Shown: positions 13,150-25,720, numbered from the stretch's first letter. The stretch is 64,000 bases of DNA from Carcharhinus amblyrhynchos (GCA_965287045.1 OZ336881.1:21390001-21454000); one strand, 5' to 3'. The notes: generated from the letters alone by a model not told the origin. Made by a program: numbers and translations.

Positions 13150-13500
13150 CCTGCCTTCCACCTGATTTCCCACCACCCACCTTTTCTTTTTGTCTTTTTT
13201 TTTCACATCCAAACCGGATCCAGCAAAAAAAAGTTCCAGGTATTTTACAGAGAGGCTGGTTGCTGGCAGTCTCTGTTTCTCTTTACTTTCTGGGGTAGAG
13301 GCGGCTGTGGGAAGGGGGGGAATCCGGTGCCTGTTGGAGAGCCACTTTTCACCTGGCGAGCTACCTTTCGCCCTAACAGGAAAAGTTTGCTCCAGTAATT
13401 GAAAATACAACAGGAAATTTGGGAGGGCGCATGCGTGCTGAAAAAATAACGGTGTCAACAAGCCCGGGTACCTGTTGGACCGGTTGGTGCAGCTTTTACC
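13150..13500 (-). promoter_or_regulatory. OVOL2 5'UTR/proximal promoter
   Basis: Transposon-free sequence upstream of the ATG. Contains CACCTG E-boxes (13159, 13350), NRF1-like GCGCATGCGT (13427), OVO site CCGTTA on the minus strand (13447-13452) and GRHL-like GACCGGTT (13478-13485). Confidence 0.6.
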
Positions 13501-14991
13501 TCGCTGTCCCTGCCCCTCTCTCTCTCTCTCATGAATGTTTGCCAAACGTCCAACCATCTCTTGTTGTTCCTGTTGTTTCTCTAGATTCTAGATGCCAGAA
13601 TGTGCTCCTCCAAGCCGCAGAATCGATTATAAATCCACTGCACAACGCCAGCATCTAAGCAGCAAACTTTCTTTGCCTTTCCAAAGTTCCCTCTCTCTTT
13701 CCTTGGCGCCCTGCTTGTTGGTTTCAAATCGACTCTGCGTTAGTTTCCCCAGTTGCGGTGTTTCAAGGAAGCTGGCTGTACACTTTAGATGGGGAGTGCG
13801 AGCACTGAGAGAGAGAGAGAGCTGCATACCTGGATTTTTCAAAAATGCCTTGGAGGGCTTTCCTGTGAAGATGAAATCTGAGATCATGTCACCTCTTGTA
13901 CGAGGGTTGGTTCATTCCGAGGCAGGAAAACGGTTCACTGCAGACAATATTGGCAGTAAGTGAGCACCCCCCACCAAACACACACACACACCTCCCAAAA
14001 AATCTTACTCTGAAACACCGTTGCCAAGGATCACCTGCAAAGTTTTCAACCGTGTACATTCGCGCCTCCATGTAAAACGTATCTGTTAATGCATCTTATT
14101 TTTAAAAATAAAACTGCCAGCACGTCCTTCAGGTAAATGCATATGTGTGTATTTCTTAATGTGCAATCTCTCTCTGGAGCTTTCGCTGAAAAAGCGGTCG
14201 CCTTTCTAAAAAAAAGAAACGAAATTATCCCATTAAAGTTACAGCCAACGTGCAGAGCGGACAGTGCAAGCCTTTCATACATCCCGTTTACCTGCTTCAA
14301 AAAATAATTCAAATTGACTCGAATTCATGGTCCCCCTCAAGAGAGACATAAAAGATCCAAACTGACCAGAAAATACATTGCATCTGATCTTGGGCTTGAC
14401 CTGATGCTTGATCTTAGCCGAAGGCTGAGAGGCTCCCTTCTTCTTGGAGACGGACACATGACTGATTTGCTTAGCAAATATCTTGAGTTTGTTCCTGCAT
14501 TTGTTGGTTCCTTTCCTCAACTAGAATACCGGGTGCAACCCCCCACCCCCGGTATCGACTGGATTGTTTGGTAAATGTATACGCCAAGAAGTTGGTATCT
14601 ATGCGGTTTTGACTCGACCTACATTTTCTAAAATCGTTTTTATCTCTTAAATGCAAATAATTTCGACTCACTAATGACTGAAAACACCCCTTTCCCACTG
14701 CCTTCCACCTAGTAACGGGTTCAGAAATGTCCATTTGCATGTAAGATGTGTCTCCCTTTTTATACATATCATTATACATGTCTTTCTGTTAACCCACCAG
14801 GAGTGATTGTCTCGTGTTGCTCTTCATCATCTCTTTGGAGGCAAAAAATGGCTGGATAGTATATTGTTTTCTTGCAATAGTTTGCTCAGCTACATTTTAA
14901 GGTGTTGTACAAACACACAAAAATGCAACAGGCAACACATAAACTGTGAGTACAACATTGCATTTGGCTAAACCAATCAAACATATTCCAA

Positions 14992-17726
14992 AGTTCTTCA
15001 TTCACCAAGGGGTTCAGAAGGCTGGGGGGGGAAGAGGTCCTGCCTCCAGAAAAGCATGCAGGAACTGCTCCAACTGCAGTAGATGGGGGTTGATGTCAAG
15101 AAGGAGGTGAAGAGCCAGCAAGCCTTGCTCTTTGCCTCGGAGGCCGCCAAGGTCATCTTCCAGTCCAGGGTCCGCTCTATGGAGCAGGATGAAAAGTGCT
15201 CGCGTTTCTTCTTCCAGAAGGTACACAGAGAAACCTCTGTGATCAGCTGCCTGAAGGAAGAAGACGGCTCAGTAAGGTCATCGCAGACAGACATTCTGAG
15301 GGTCTGCAAATCCTTCTATGCCGGACTGTACGACCTGAAGCCAACAGACAGCACGGCCTCCCAGTCTTTCCTGTCGTCTATCACACAGGTCTTAGACGAC
15401 AGCGAGCAGGACAGCCTGGGCAGACCGGTATCTCTGGACGAGCTGACCAAGGCCGTCGAGTCCTTTCAGAAGGGTAAAACTCCCGGAAGCGACGGCTTAC
15501 CAGCTGAGTTTTACTCGGTGTTGTGGGACTTGATGGGCCCGGACCTCCTGGAAGTATACGAGAGTATGCGTCTGGAAGGCAGGATGTCAGAATCCATGAA
15601 GAAAGGCATCATTACCCTCATCTACAAGCAGAAGGGGGAGAGGGAAGAAATTAGAAATTGGCGACCCATTTCACTATTGAACATGGATTATAAAATTCTG
15701 GCCAAAGTCATCGCCAACCGGGTCAAGTCTGCTCTGGGGTCAGTGATCCATCCTGATCAAACCTGTGCTGTACCCGGCAGGAAGATCTCTGACAGCCTCG
15801 CGCTACTCAGGGATACGGTCACCTACGTGCAGGACAGGCAGGTGGATTCGTGCCTCATCAGCCTCGACCAGGGGAAGGCGTTTGACAGAATATCGCACAG
15901 CTACATGATGGATGTGCTCTCCAAAATGGGCTTTGGGGAGGGAATCTGCAATTGGATCCGGCTGCTCTACACAGATATCAGTAGCACAGTTTCAATCAAT
16001 GGGTGGGAATCAGATAGCTTTCAAATCAGGTCTGGAGTCAGACAGGGCTGCCCTCTCTCCTCCGTCCTTTTTGTGTGTCACATTGAACCCTTTGCCAAGG
16101 CCCTCAGAAGCGACCCAGGCATCAAAGGGGTGACAATCCCAGGCAGCGGAGGCACACAGGTCAAAGCCTCCCTGTACATGGATGACGTGGCTGTCTTCTG
16201 CTCGGACCCCTCGTCTGTTCGCAGGCTCCTCCAGGTCTGCGAGCAGTTCGAGCTGGCCTCGGGAGCCAAAGTCAACCAGGGTGAGAGTGAGGCCATGTTC
16301 TTTGAGAACTGGGCTTACAAATCCTTTGTCCCCTTCACTGTCAGGGCAGATTACCTGATGGTGCTAGGGATATGGTTTGGAGCGGCAGGGGCATGCGCCA
16401 AAAACTGGGACGAGCGCATCGCAAAAACCAGGCAGAAACTGGGCTTGTGGGAGCAACGGTCCCTTTCCATGACAGGAAAAAACCTGGTGATCCGGTTCGA
16501 GGTGCTGTCCGTGTTGTTGTACGTGGCACAGGTGTGGCCTATCCCCAATTCCTGCGCTGCAGCAGTGACGCAGGCCATCTTCAAGTTTATCTGGAGATCA
16601 AGATGGATTGCGTCCGGAGGGAGGCGATGAACAAATCTCCAGAGAACGGAGGGAAAAACGTTCCCGACGCCGCCCTCATCCTGATGGCCACCTCGGTACA
16701 CTAACAGCAAGTGCCACTACTTTTTGAGGTTCTACCTGTCCCGAGTGTTGCGAAGGATGGGTCTGGCCACACTGCCGCGGAATGCTGTGAGTAGTTGGAC
16801 CGTACCGCAGCACCTGTCCTTCGTGGAGAAATTTTCCCGCAAACACACCTTTGACCACACGGCGATTAAGCAGTGGTCAGCGCGTAACGTCCTTGGGGCT
16901 GTGAGAGAAAAGGAGACGGCGGATCCTGTCGGATGGTTCCCTGAGCAGACTGTCAGTGTCATCTGGCAGAACGCCTCATCACCAGAACTGACAAACAAGC
17001 ACCAAGACCTGGTTTGGCTGGTGGTGAGAAGGGCACTCCCCGTCAAATCCTTTATGCACGCTCGAGGTCTCAACATCACCGCACACTGCCCTCGAAGCGG
17101 CTGCGGGGCTGACGAGACGGTCGCACACCTCCTTGTGGAATGTGCCTTTGCAAAGAAGGTCTGGAGTGAGATGCAGTGGTATTTGTCGAGGTTCGTCCCG
17201 AGCAGCTCGGTGACGCAGGACTCTGTGCTCCACGGGCTATTTCCGGGGACGCACACCGAGACAAATATCAACTGCTGCTGGAAGGTCATCAACTCGGTGA
17301 AGGATGCACTTTGGTCCACCCGAAACTTGCTGATCTTCCAGTTGAAAGAACTGTCCTTGACCGAGTGTTGCAGACTGGCACATTCCAAGGTCCAGGACTA
17401 CGTGCTGAGGGACGCGCTGAAGCTTGGGGCAGCAGAGGCACAATGGGGAAAGGCCACACTGTAAGGCCTTTTAACAGAGGCAGACCGAGGGCCCGGGAAC
17501 TGCAGAATACCCTCGACCTGCGTAACTGTGTGCCAATCTGAGAACTAACGGCACACAGTAATTTATTGAGGCATGTATATAGTTTAAGTATTGAAATGTA
17601 ATCATTGTAATTTGTACAGATGTGAAAGAATGTCTTGATTCTGCATTGTTTGCAGTTCAAACCCTATACATTTGCAATAGTTTATTTCAGATTTTTATGA
17701 ATAAAGTATATTTTTGGAGGGAAAAA
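14992..17726 (+). mobile_element. 5'-truncated Tx1-clade LINE (ORF2 RT plus C-terminal Cys/His domain)
   Basis: ORF 15083-16630 with KTPGSDGLPAEFY, NWRPISLLN, GVRQGCPLS, YMDD. The frameshifted continuation 16724-17464 has CPRSGC..ETVAHLLVEC. AATAAA at 17700, A tail, 13-bp TSD aaacatattccaa (14979-14991/17727-17739). Confidence 0.92.
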
Positions 17727-17734
17727 AAACATAT

Positions 17735-18080
17735 TCCAAGGTCCAGGACTACGTGCTGAGGGATGCGCTGAAGCTTGGGGCAGCCGCCGCAAAGGCACAA
17801 TGGGGAAAGGCCACACTGTAAGGCCTTTTAACGGAGGCAGACCGAGGGCCCAGGAACTGCAGAATACCCTCGACCTGCGTAACTGTGTGCCAGTCTGAGC
17901 ACTAATGGCACACAGTAATTTATTGAGGTATGTATATAGTTTTAAGCATTGAAATGTAATGACAGTAATTTGTATAAATCTGTAAAAATGTTTTGATTCT
18001 GCACTGTTTGCAATTCAAAGCCCTGTACATTTGCAATAGTTTATTTGAGATTTTTATGAATAAAGTATATTTTTGGAAAA
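17735..18080 (+). mobile_element. Second, shorter 3' copy of the same Tx1 family
   Basis: Diverged repeat of 17384-17726 with its own AATAAA (18059) and A tail. Flanked by aaacatat (17727-17734 and 18081-18088). Confidence 0.9.
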
Positions 18081-18204
18081 AAACATATATAAAACTAACT
18101 TCCAATATACAGAAGAGTCTCCTGCCAGAATTTTTACTGAACCAATGATAAAAATGAATTTTAAAAACCTACTTTATTGGGAAAACAACATACTGTTGGA
18201 AATC

Positions 18205-18368
18205 GGAAATAAAAATAAAATGCTAGAAATACTCTGTAGGTCTGTGAAGAGAGAGAAACAGAGTTAATGTTTCAAGTCTGTGACCTTTCATCAGAATCAA
18301 TGAGGAATTCTGAAAAAAAATCAGAGACCTGAAATGTTAACTCTGTTTCACTCCCTCTCCAGGCTGCT
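18205..18368. mobile_element. Fold-back Penelope-type element, second family (its end is displaced to about 19735-19775)
   Basis: gaaacagagttaatgtttcaagtc...tcatcagaa is inverted as ttctga...gacctgaaatgttaactctgtttc. Minus-strand CTGATGA (18294-18288) and GAAA (18273-18270). gtatttccagcatttt at about 19752 pairs with aaaatgctagaaatac at about 18217. Confidence 0.65.
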
Positions 18369-18446
18369 TGGATGAAGGGACCAAATGTTTGGTAGCTAAA
18401 TTTTGCAGAACACCAAGATAAGTATGAGATCTCATACCAACCAACG

Positions 18447-18675
18447 CAGTAACAAATCTCATAACACCAGGTTAAAGTTCAACAGGTTTACTTGGAATCA
18501 CAAGCTTTCCGAGTGCTGCTCCTTCATCTGGTGAGTGGAGAGGTAGGTTTCATAAACACGGCATACACAGACAAAGACACCTGATTCCAAATAAATCTGT
18601 TCACCTTTAATCTGATGTGTGAGACTTCTTACTGTGCCCACCCCAGTCAAATGCCGGCATCTCCACATCATGGCA
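18447..18675. mobile_element. Fold-back Penelope-type element
   Basis: Inverted arms (about 18447-18500 versus 18582-18635). Minus-strand hammerhead variant CAGATGA...GAAA at 18530-18506. Confidence 0.72.
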
Positions 18676-18907
18676 ACCGACTCAAGAACAGCTTTTTCCC
18701 TGCTGCCATCAGATTTTTAAATGGACTTACCTTATGTTAAGTTGATCTTTCTCTACACTCTAGCTATGACTGTAACACTATATTCTGCACCCTCTCCTTT
18801 TCTTCTCCCCTCAGTATTCTATGAACGGTATGCTTTGTCTGTATAATGCTCTAGAAACAATACTTGTCACTATCTCAGTACATGTGACAATAATAAATCA
18901 AATCAAA
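18676..18907 (+). mobile_element. Rex1/Babar-like LINE 3' end
   Basis: accgactcaagaacagctttttccc (RLKNSFFP), tail tgtgacaataataaatcaaatcaaa. Homologous to 42986-43200. Confidence 0.72.
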
Positions 18908-20097
18908 AGATAGATAGGAAGTTGTCAAGAGGAGGTAGAGAGTATAAAGGGATACAGATAAGTGAGTGGGTCGAAAATGGCAGATGGGGGGAATATAATG
19001 CGGGGAAATGTGAACTTGTTCACTTTGGCAGGAAGAATGGAAAAGCAGTGTACTATGTAAATTGAGAGAGAGTTTGCAGAACTCGGTGGTACAGAGAGAT
19101 GTGGACATCCTGGTATATGAATCATAAAATGTTAGCATGCAAACACAGAAAGTGATAAGGAAGGAAAATGGAATGTTTGTGTTTATTGCAAGGGGAATGG
19201 AATATAAAAATAGGGAAATTTTATTACAGCTGGAAAATTTGTACACAATCTCGGCTGCTTATTTGAAAAAGGATATAATTGTGTTAAAAACAATTTACAG
19301 AACGTTCACTCAACTCGTTCCTGGGAAGAGCTTATCCTATGAAGATAGGTGAACAGGTTGGGCCTACACCTATTAGAGTTTAGAAGAATGAGAGGTGATC
19401 TTATTGAAACATATAAGATTCTGAGAGGAATTAATACAGTGGATATTAATGTTTCTCTTTGTGAGAGGGACTAGAACCAGGCGACACAGTTTAAGAGTAA
19501 AAGTTTGCTCTTTAAGATGGAGTTGAGGATTTTTTTTCTTAGAGGATCATTAGTACATGGATTTTTTTCCCTGGAGGCTGGGTCATTAGACTTATTCAAG
19601 GCAGTTAGACATCTTTAATAGACTTGGAAGTCTATGGGTTATGGAGGGGCACAGACAGGAAAGTGGAGCACAACCAGATCAGCCATGATCTTACTGAATG
19701 GCGGAGCAGGCTTGAAGGGCTGAATGGCCTCCTATGTTCCTGGTCTGCCGTGTATTTCCAGCATTTTCTCCTTTTACTGTATGTTTTATTGGGTTGTGTA
19801 GAAAGCAATATCAGGACAGTGAACAACTTGCAAACAAATGTCTGTTTGATCACTTCCAATTTCAGCTATTTTTAATAAAGTACATGATTGGTATTGAATA
19901 GTCAACACGTCAGAATAAGGGTAACCTTAGAATGTCCTAAACACTTTGAACTTTTCACTACATTGAGTGCACCACCTGGCAGATAGAACTCCAACATGCT
20001 GATCTGAAACTGTATTGTAAATTCCTGAAGGATGGTTTCAATTAACTAATCCTTGAATGTGGTGGTGGTATTAGGGTGATAACTACAGGCAGGCAAT

Positions 20098-20412
20098 GGG
20101 CGGCACGATGGCACTGTGACTAGTACTGCCGCCTCAGCACCAGAGACCCGGTTCAATTCTGGCCTCGGATCACTGTGTGCAGTTTGCATGTTCTCCCTTT
20201 GTCTGTGTGGGTTTCCTCCAGGTGCTCCGGTTTCCTGCCATACTCCAAAGATGTGCAGGTTAGACTGATCGGCTGTGCTAAATTGCCCTTTGTCTCCAGG
20301 GAAGTTAGCAGGGTAAATAGTGGGGCGGTGGGGATGGGGACTGGGTGGGATAGTTGTTGGTGCAAGCTTGATGGGCCAAATGGCCTCTTTTTGCACTGTA
20401 GGGATTTTATGT
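20098..20412 (+). mobile_element. HE1-type SINE, tail A
   Basis: Head gggcggcacgatgg, B box ggttcaattc, tail gcactgtagggatt. Confidence 0.85.
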
Positions 20413-20419
20413 CTCACAT

Positions 20420-21497
20420 AACAGATTAAAGTGTAAAATTAAAGCACATGGGATTGCAGGTAATGTCTTGAGATGGATAGAAAGCTGGTTATCAGATAGG
20501 AAGCAAAGAGTTGGCATAAATGGGCCTTTTTCTGATTGGCAGTCAGCGACTAGTGGGGTTCTGCTGAGATATGTGCCAGAACCCCAACAGTTCACATTAT
20601 ATATTAACGATTTGGAAGAGGGAAATGAATGTATTACCTCCAAATTTGCAGATGATACAAAATTGGGAGGGAGGGTGAGCTGTGAGGAGGATGCAGAGAT
20701 GTGTGATTTGGACAGGCTGGATGTGTGGGTATTTGCATGGCAGATGCAGTTTAATATGGATAAATGTGAGGTTAACCACTTTGGTATCAATAATAGGAAA
20801 ACAGATTATTACGTGAATGGGTTTAAATTTAGAGAGATGGATACTCAGCAAGACCTTGGTTTCCTCATGAATCAGTCACTGAAAATAAGCACACAGGTAT
20901 GTCGGCCTTTGTAGCAAGAGGATTTGAGTATAGAGATAGGGATGTTTTACTGCAATTGTATAGGGCATTGGTGAGGCCACACCTGAAGTATTGTGTACAA
21001 TTTTCGTCTCCTTATCTGATGAAGGATGTCTTTGCTATAGAGGGTTTACCAAGCTGATTCCTGGGATAGCAGTCCTGTCATATGAAGAGAGACTAAGTTG
21101 GTTTGGATTATATTCACTGGAGTTTAGAAGAATGAGGGGAGATCTCACAAAATTCTAACAGGGTAGATTTGGAAAGAATGTTCCCAATGGTGGGGGTGTC
21201 TAGAACTAGGGGTCATAGTTTGAGGATAAGCGTAAACCTTTTAGAACTGAGGTGATGAGAAATTTCTTCATCTTTAGGGTGGTGACTGTATGGAATTTAC
21301 TACCACAGAAAGTAGTTGAGGCCAAAAAATTGTCTGATTTCAAGAAGAAATTAGATATAGCTCTAAGGGATCAAGAGATATGTGGGGAAGGGGGAAATCA
21401 GGATATTGAATTTGGTGATCAGCCATAATCAAAATGAATGATGGAGCAGGCTCAAAGGGCTAAATGGCCTCCTCCTGCTTCTAGTTTTGATGTTTCT
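20420..21497 (+). mobile_element. CR1 LINE fragment (RT to 3' end)
   Basis: WIESWLSDRKQRVGING...SKFADDTKLGG...MQFNMDKCEV. Confidence 0.9.
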
Positions 21498-21869
21498 AGG
21501 GTCACATGGAGCTCCATACTAATAATCTAAAGGATGCGATCGAATGTGCATTAACCATGAATTACTCTTTATCACACAACTCAAAGACAAGAAGATAGCC
21601 CCAATGACTGGGGGACAGCTATCAACTGTTGAAGAGGAGGTGGCGTCGGAGGGTGCCCTGTCACATCATTCCCTTGCACCTTCCACCAGGTTAGAAACAT
21701 GGTGAGCAGATCGCAGATGTACCTAAGCAGCTGATTGAGGCTGAGACCAATGACACTCCAAGGACTGCAGGAGGCCAGGGAGATGCAGATCTCAGGCTGC
21801 TGAAAAGCCTAGTTACTGATCAGCAAGGTCAATGCTGTAGCTACAGCACAAGGTCAAAGAGTCAAACAA

Positions 21870-22178
21870 ACACTACAGTGCAGAAAGAGGCCATCTGGCC
21901 CATCAAGTCTGCACCGACTACAATCCCAGCCAGGCCCTACCCCCATATCCCTACATATTTACCCACTAATCCCTCTAACCTACACATCTCAGGACACTCA
22001 GGGGCAATTTTAGCATGGCCAATCAACCTAACCTGCACATCTTTGGGCTATGGGAGGAAACCCACTCAGACACAAGGAGAATGTGTAAGCTCCATACGGA
22101 TAGTGACCCAAGCCGGGAATTGAACCCAGGTCCATGGAGCTGTGAAGCAGCAGTGCTAACCACTGTGCTACTGTGCTG
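21870..22178 (-). mobile_element. HE1-type SINE, tail A
   Basis: Reverse-strand family body, very similar to 24246-24584. Confidence 0.85.
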
Positions 22179-22459
22179 CTCACACATGAAGGTGAAGAAC
22201 CATTTGGCAGAGCTCCATTGGGTCATGGGCACCCTGGCACAGACAATGGGAGAATCTATCCAGGACATGAGCGTCACCATGTTTCTAGGTTATGTTTGCC
22301 TGGTTTCCTTCTGTGAAAGGTTGGTGATCCTCATGAAGAGCCAGATCCAGCATTCCACTCTGGATGCATGCAGACTTGCATTCCATCACCAACTCCATGA
22401 GCTTTGTGCAGTAATGTCTGGGTGAGAATGGTGAGGCGCTTCAACTCACTGTGAGGTAT

Positions 22460-23255
22460 TCAATACAGGTATGTTACCATTGACCAGAAACTGAACCAGA
22501 TCAGTCATAATACCATGGATATAAGAGCACATATAAGATTCGCCCACTTTAAGGGTATTCAAATGGTCATTGGATAGGCATATGGATAATATTGGAATAG
22601 TTTAGGTTAGAGGGTCATTAGATTGGTTCCACTGGTCGGCGCAACATCGAGGGCCGAAGGGCCTGTGCTGCGCTGTAATGTTCTATGTTCTACAGCAGGT
22701 CAGAGTTGGGAATTCTCAGGTGAGTAATTCACCTCGTGACTTTGCAGGGCCTCTCCACCATCCATAAGGTACAATATAGGAGTGTGATGGAATACTATAC
22801 ACTTCTCTGGATGAATCTACCTCCAATACTTAAGAAGCTAGACAGGATCCATAACAAAGCAGCCAGCTTGATTGGCACCTCATCTACTACCTTAATCACG
22901 TGATCCACCACCAACACATTGTGCCAGCAGTGTGTATCATCTACAAGATGCACTGCAGCAACTCACCAAGACTCCTTTGACAGCACTTTCCAAACTTGTG
23001 ACCTTTACCACCTAGAAGAACAAGGGAAACAGATTCATGGGAACACCACCATCTGCAAATACCCCTCCAAACCACACACCATCCCAATTTGGAACTCTTA
23101 TCATCGTTTCTTCACTGCCGCTGGGTTATAATTCTGGAACTTCCTTCCTATGTGCAAATACACCACAAAGACTGTGGATGTTTAAGGTGGCAGCTCACTA
23201 CTAGATATGGGCAGTAAATGCTGGCCTAGCCAAAGATGCCCCATCCTGTGACAAG
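22460..23255 (+). mobile_element. 3' fragment of the LINE family at 45410-47700, interrupted by a short CR1 tail (about 22540-22692)
   Basis: Shared motifs gtgatggaatact, atctacaagatgcactgcag, aatgctggcct. Confidence 0.7.
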
Positions 23256-23279
23256 GCACATTTTTTAAAAAAAGGACAG

Positions 23280-23900
23280 AATAGATGAGCATTTTGAGCT
23301 GATTAAAGGGTGACCACATGGATTTGTAAAGGGTATGTCAAGTCTAATAAACTTCAATTAATGTTTCGAGGAAGCATCTAAAGCCACAGATGGGGGATTG
23401 CCAATGGATGTAATTTATATGAACTTCCAGAAAACATTGGAAAGGTCCCAGATTAGGGACTGTTAGCCAAAATTAAACCTCATGGCATAGCAGGGAAATG
23501 AACAAACTGGTTAGGAGAGTGGGTAAGCAGAAGAAGGTAGAAAATAGGGATAATAGGTGTGTACTTGGATGGGAAGGAAATGATCCTACAAGGGTCTGTG
23601 TTGGGGGCTCAACAATCCACTAAGTGGATTAATATCTTAGGTACCATAATACAGAAACATTTATCCAAGTTTGCTGATAACACCAAGATTGGTGGTATAT
23701 TACAAAGCGATACCAATAAATAAGTAGATAAAACTGTGACAGGTGGATTTTAACACAGGCAAGTCTGAGGTCATGAATTTTGGATTAGAAGAAGATTGAT
23801 CTGATTTATTTTAAAGGGCGAAAAGCTAGGAACAGTGGTGTTTCAAAGAGATCACTAGAATGTGGTAATTAGCTACAAAAGTAGGTACACAGACTAATGA
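23280..23900 (+). mobile_element. Old CR1 RT fragment
   Basis: Degenerate HGFVKG, DVIYMNFQK and SKFADNTK motifs. Confidence 0.7.
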
Positions 23901-24245
23901 ATGGGTGCTGGTGACTGATTCAATAATAGAGATCCCTGGATACCGTCAGTATGTATCCATTTAGTGTCGGTGTCTTTACCAGCATTAATCTGTACCTGTA
24001 ATTTTCCCTTATCTTCCAGCAAACTTATTGGTCACAATTTTCACTGCCTGCTGCACTGCTTGAATAGCAGAGCGGGCCAGGAAATTTAAGCGGGGTTGAA
24101 AAAGGATCTTCCCAATCCAATTTTTTAGAATGAAAATCAGCTAGCGCTGCCCAATGGGCAATCTTCTGACTTCCTGGAGGGCCTCAATAGCCTCAGGTCT
24201 CACCCGCGAGGCCATCACACTCGGCAGGCACTGTGCAGTACCAAG

Positions 24246-24584
24246 AAACATAGAAAACCTACAGTGCAGAAAGAGGCCATTTGGCCCATTGAGTCTGCAC
24301 TGACCACAATCCCACCCAGGCCCTACCCCATATCCCTACATAATTGCCCGCTAATCTCCCTAACCTACACATCTCAGGACACTAAGGCATAATTTTTAGC
24401 ATGGCTAATCAACTTAATCCGCACATCTTTGGACTGTGGGAGGAAACCGGAGCACCCGGAGGAAACCCACGCAGCCACTAGGAGAATGTGCAAACTCCAC
24501 ACAGACAGTGACCCAAACTGGGAATCGAACCCAGGTCCCTGGAACTGTGAAGCAGCAGTGCTAACCGCTGTGCTACTGTGCCGC
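24246..24584 (-). mobile_element. HE1-type SINE inserted in a GC-rich Harbinger-like element (about 24030-25050)
   Basis: Full SINE flanked by ccaag on both sides. Host ends ggtcacaattttc and gggagaatcgtcccc resemble the MITE termini elsewhere in the window. Confidence 0.75.
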
Positions 24585-25374
24585 TCCAAGGAGCTGGGCC
24601 TGAGGGGGCAGGGCCAGACAGGGCAGAACAGACTGGGGTGGGGGGGTGGTGGGGGGGGAGGAGGACAGCAGGAAATGGAGGAATCGCTTCAGTGGAGAAT
24701 GGGGGCTGCTGGTGGAGGCCGGCCATTGGGGATGGGAGAGGGGAGGTGGAAATTGGAGGCCAGTCTGGCCATCTGTGTGTTGGGGGTGTGTGTGGGGGGT
24801 GCATTGGGAGGCCAAAGCTGGCAGAGGTAGGGGGGGGAGCTCAGCCATCCGGAGGCTTGGCAATGGTGTGGGGGATTTGTTTGTCAACTGATGCTGGCCT
24901 CTCAGTTGGGGTTAGACTCCACACCCTCCCTAATGGACTTTGTAGTGCAGACTGCAGTAAATTCATTCCACTAAGCTTGCCCAAAAAAATGGGCGGGAAA
25001 AACTTCCCTATTCCCGCCTGTTGGGCACTCTTTTTTGGGAGAATCGTCCCCCGCAATATCCCCAAATCATTTACACAACAGTTATACCAAGTACTGACAG
25101 CTTTAATCAGAGCCTTAAAGTAAGTTAGACAGTTGCAGTTCTGACAATGATCTATGTGACACCCAACTAACAATGGCACCCATAGTCTTTTCTTTACTAC
25201 TAAGCATAGTTTTCTTTCAATTAGCATAGAATCATAGAGAATTAATCAAACTTACATTTAATTAAGTACCTCTAGCAATCACAATGTCTTTTTATTTTTG
25301 CCTTTTAAACTGTGTTCTGCTTAAAATCCAAGTAGCGTCCATTGTCTCATCTTTACACACAGACTTAGTCACTT

Positions 25375-25720
25375 AGTGTCAGCTGTGGCACAATTGTTAG
25401 CATGTTTATCTCTGAATCAGAAAGTTCAGTTAAAATCTAGCTTTCAGAAACTCTAGCCATAATCCAGGCAGATTGAAGGAATGTTGCCAATGAGATTTTA
25501 AACTGAGACCCTGTCTGGCCTTTCAGATGCAAGCAAAAGATGGCACTATTTCAGTGAATAACTGAGGGGCAGTGTCCTGGCCAATATTTTTCCCTTAGCC
25601 AACAGCAATAAAGAGATTACCTGGTCATTATTGCAATGTTTGTGAGATCTTGCTGTGTAAACATTGGCTGCTATCTCTCCTTCATTACTGCATTGGCTGC
25701 ACAGTGCTTTGAGCCATCTT
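25375..25720 (+). mobile_element. Deu-domain SINE (SacSINE1/AmnSINE-like)
   Basis: taaactgagaccctgtctg...atggcactatttc...gtcctggccaatattt...tgtttgtgagatcttgctgtg. Related pieces at about 1820-2010, 47740-47970, 48100-48380, 52020-52150(-), 52940-53120 and 57230-57360(-). Confidence 0.65.

Larger units (their letters stand above)
18370..19740 (+). mobile_element. Old CR1 fragment containing nested insertions
   Basis: Degenerate KFADDTK (about 18398), resuming at about 18910 with CR1 ORF2 C-terminal motifs and 3' tail. Confidence 0.8.

Noticed and set aside
12586-13398. 270-aa plus-strand ORF antisense to OVOL2 exon 1
   Set aside because: Runs through a pyrimidine low-complexity tract, has no recognisable domain and a non-ATG start.
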